Source: an uncultured bacterium
GTDB lineage: Bacteria > Babelota > Babeliae > Babelales > JACPOV01
Reading direction: 5' to 3'
Length of the DNA: 10,836 nt
Assembly: GCA_963744715.1 (NCBI GenBank)
Contig: CAVUUR010000005.1
Coordinates: 1 to 10,836 of the forward strand
Shown here: one piece after another, positions 8,576-10,836 of the stretch
Layout of the letters: every line of letters starts with the position of its first letter
Position numbering within the stretch: the stretch's first letter is position 1
Notes under the pieces: generated by a model
Databases searched by the model: none
What the model saw: the letters and a program-made list of their open reading frames with translations, nothing else
Told to the model about the DNA's origin: nothing
Program-made: the position numbers and the translations under genes

Positions 8576-9479
8576 ATGGGAGATCATACATTTTTAGCTG
8601 AACATAAAGGTTAGAAAAAGCATCAATCTGAGATTATTATTATTACTGGTTATTCAGGAGCAGGGAAAAGTACCGTATTGAGGGCATTAGAGGATAATGG
8701 TTTTTTATGCGTTGATAATTTGCCGGGAGAATTATTAATGCCTTTTTTTCAATCGATTGAGCAAAATCATGGACATCACCAAAAAGTTGCACTGGGTTTA
8801 GATATTCGGGGAGGAACTATCGAATTTCTTATTCAAAAAATAAATCAGGCGAAAATTTGACAACACTGACTATTAAAATTTTTTTTTTGGCAGCAACTCC
8901 CGCAATTTTAAGCAAACGGTTTCAGGAAACCCGAAGAGCTCATCCTTTGGGTAGTCATATACCCCTAGAGGAAGCTATTGCGCATGAAGTGTCATTATTA
9001 CAACCACTGGTAGCCAGGCGGATTTTATTATTGATACCGATCAATTAACAACCAATCAGCTTAAGGGGGTATATATTTTTTGTAAACAATGATTCCAATG
9101 CGCTGGTTGTTCATTTAATTTCATTTGGTTTCAAATATGGAGTACCACAAAATTGTAATTTCGTATATGACATTAGGTCATTGCCTAACCCTTATTTTGT
9201 TCCCGCATTGAAACATTTAGATGGTACTCAGAAGGTTGTTAAGCACTATTTGTTTGAGCATGTGGCGGTACAAGAATATTGGGAAAAATTGGTTGATTTT
9301 TTTACCTATTCAATTAAAAAAGCTTATGGTGATGGTCGTTTTTTTGTTACCGTTGCTTTGGTTGTACCGGAGGTCGGCATCGTTCGGTTGCGTTTGTTGA
9401 TGAATTATCGGAAAAAAGTGTCGAACAGGTAGTATTCATGGTAAAACACAGTGATATTAATCAAGATACTTATATTTAA
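8576..9479 (+). CDS. rapZ: RNase adapter RapZ / YvcJ-type P-loop nucleotide-binding protein (several apparent frameshifts; in-frame TAG at 8612-8614)
   Basis: AAGGA (8566-8570) precedes ATG 8576. Motifs across frames: [80 protein letters not shown], ending QDTYI-TAA 9477-9479. Confidence 0.93.
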
Positions 9480-9491
9480 CGGGGAGATGTA

Positions 9492-9769
9492 ATGAATATT
9501 GGTAAACGCAGTATACTCAAATTCTTTTTTTACAGCGAATTTGTACTGCTTTTTTTTATTTTTTTGGACCTCAGGGTATCTATAGAATGTTGAAATTACA
9601 AGAAGAAAACAATATGTCAAATACGCAGGTTAAGCAATTGCAAGACGAGGTTACAGACCTTGGCTATCAGATTAATGCATGGAAAAACAATCTATTTTTA
9701 CATGAAAAATTTGCTCGAGAACAATTGCATATGGCACGTTCCGGTGATACAATATTTTATCTTTCATAA
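9492..9769 (+). CDS. Septum formation initiator family protein (FtsB/DivIC-like; frameshift(s) in the T-rich TM-coding region)
   Basis: GGGGAG RBS before ATG 9492. Hydrophobic N-terminal segment, then FGPQGIYRMLKLQEEN, a coiled coil, and EKFAREQLHMARSGDTIFY, matching the ExxAReeLgm..pgE pattern of FtsB/DivIC. Confidence 0.75.
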
Positions 9770-9784
9770 CAAGGGAATATTACT

Positions 9785-10394
9785 ATGAATTATACACTTC
9801 CTCCATTTCTATTCTATGATGCTTTGGAACCTTATATAGATGCTAAAACTATGGAGATTCATTATTTAAAACATCATCAGGCGTATATTGATAATTTAAA
9901 TAAAGCATTGGAAAAACACCCGACATTAAGCGATAAGCCTTTAACTGAGTTATTAACTAATCTCAAATCGGTGCCCGAAGATATTCGTACTGCCGTGAGA
10001 ATAATGGAGGCGGCAATTATAATCATACGATGTTTTGGTTGTTAATGAAAAAAATGGAGGCGGGGAACCCAAAGGAACTTTAGGAGAGGCTATTAATAAA
10101 AATTTTGGCAAATTTTCAGCTTTTCAAGAGCAATTTAATAATGCGGCTAAAACTGTTTTTGGTAGTGGATGGGCATGGCTTTGTTTAGATAAAAATCAAC
10201 GGTTACTGATACATACAACACCCAATCAAGATGCACCCATCACGGAAGGATTATTACCCGTAATTGGTTTGGATGTGTGGGAACATGCCTATTATTTAAA
10301 ATATCAAAACCGTCGGATTGATTATATTGCTTCTTGGTGGCATGTGCTCAATTGGGATTATAGCGAAGAGCATTATCGAACGCTTATAAAGTAA
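9785..10394 (+). CDS. sodA: Superoxide dismutase, Mn-type signature (frameshifts near 10000 and 10050)
   Basis: [24 protein letters not shown], stitched R(N)[25 protein letters not shown] and [15 protein letters not shown]. All four metal ligands are present, and the GG and QD residues are typical of Mn-SOD. Confidence 0.93.
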
Positions 10395-10513
10395 TTTTTT
10401 TTATTAAGTTATATTTGGGGGTTATCATATTGTTGTTTTTTTATTATACTCGGGAAGGTAACAACCTTTTTTAGTAACAAAAATTTCAAACAAGCAATTC
10501 ACGGGATATCTTA

Positions 10514-10836
10514 ATGAAATCAGATGCTATAATAACCGACAGTGTAATCATACAACCCCATAAAATATCATTATTTACTGCTATTTTAATGACTATTAAT
10601 ATTATGGTTGGTACGGGGATTTTAATTGGTCCTGGACAAAATAGCAACCATAGCAGGCAATGCTTCTTTTTTGGCGTGGCCGCTTGTGGGCATAATTTTT
10701 CTTCCCATTGTTCTATGTATAGCTGAACTAACGCGTATGCTTCCCGGTGCAGGAGGTATGTATTCATATGCAAAAGAGGGGCTTAATAGAACAGCAGGTT
10801 TTTTAAGTGGGTGGTTGTATATTGTTGGCTATTCAT
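10514..10836 (+). CDS. APC superfamily amino-acid permease, 5' part (runs off the window; frameshift near 10640)
   Basis: KISLFTAILMTINIMVGTGILIGPG (TM1 GxG motif). The other frame continues IATIAGNASFLAWPLVGIIFLPIVLCIAELTRMLPGAGGMYSYAKEGLNRTAGFLSGWLYIVGYS, the APC AEL..P.AGG.Y.Y..GF..GW signature. Confidence 0.88.

Noticed and set aside
10003..10063. Direct repeat AATGGAGGCGG occurring twice in sodA
   Set aside because: It simply encodes two NGG peptides of the SOD protein. It is not a mobile-element or CRISPR repeat.
6965..10836. Calling the interrupted genes true pseudogenes
   Set aside because: Catalytic motifs, RBSs and full lengths are preserved, and normally essential genes elsewhere in the window (tadA, glmS) are equally affected. 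Sequencing error is more parsimonious.

Overview
AT-rich bacterial chromosomal window, mostly housekeeping genes, many broken by 1-nt indels that often fall in homopolymers and are most likely long-read/assembly errors. Order on the + strand: tadA, dksA/traR-like zinc-finger gene, tRNA-Thr(CGT), rpsI (without rplM), glmS, an ATP-grasp ligase, an AT-rich gap containing a small antisense membrane ORF, and a 582-aa signal-peptide/Skp1-BTB-like/WD40 protein. These are followed by a convergent S41 C-terminal protease on the - strand, then rapZ, ftsB/divIC, Mn-type sodA and the 5' part of an APC amino-acid permease on the + strand. The most interesting element is the secreted eukaryote-like protein at 5181-6929, which by eye combines a Skp1/BTB-like domain, an F-box-like motif and a WD40 propeller, suggesting a single-chain mimic of an SCF ubiquitin-ligase substrate receptor. 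Gene content and style suggest a host-associated intracellular bacterium such as Dependentiae/Babelota (TM6); this is inference only. All family calls come from motifs read by eye, with no database searches.
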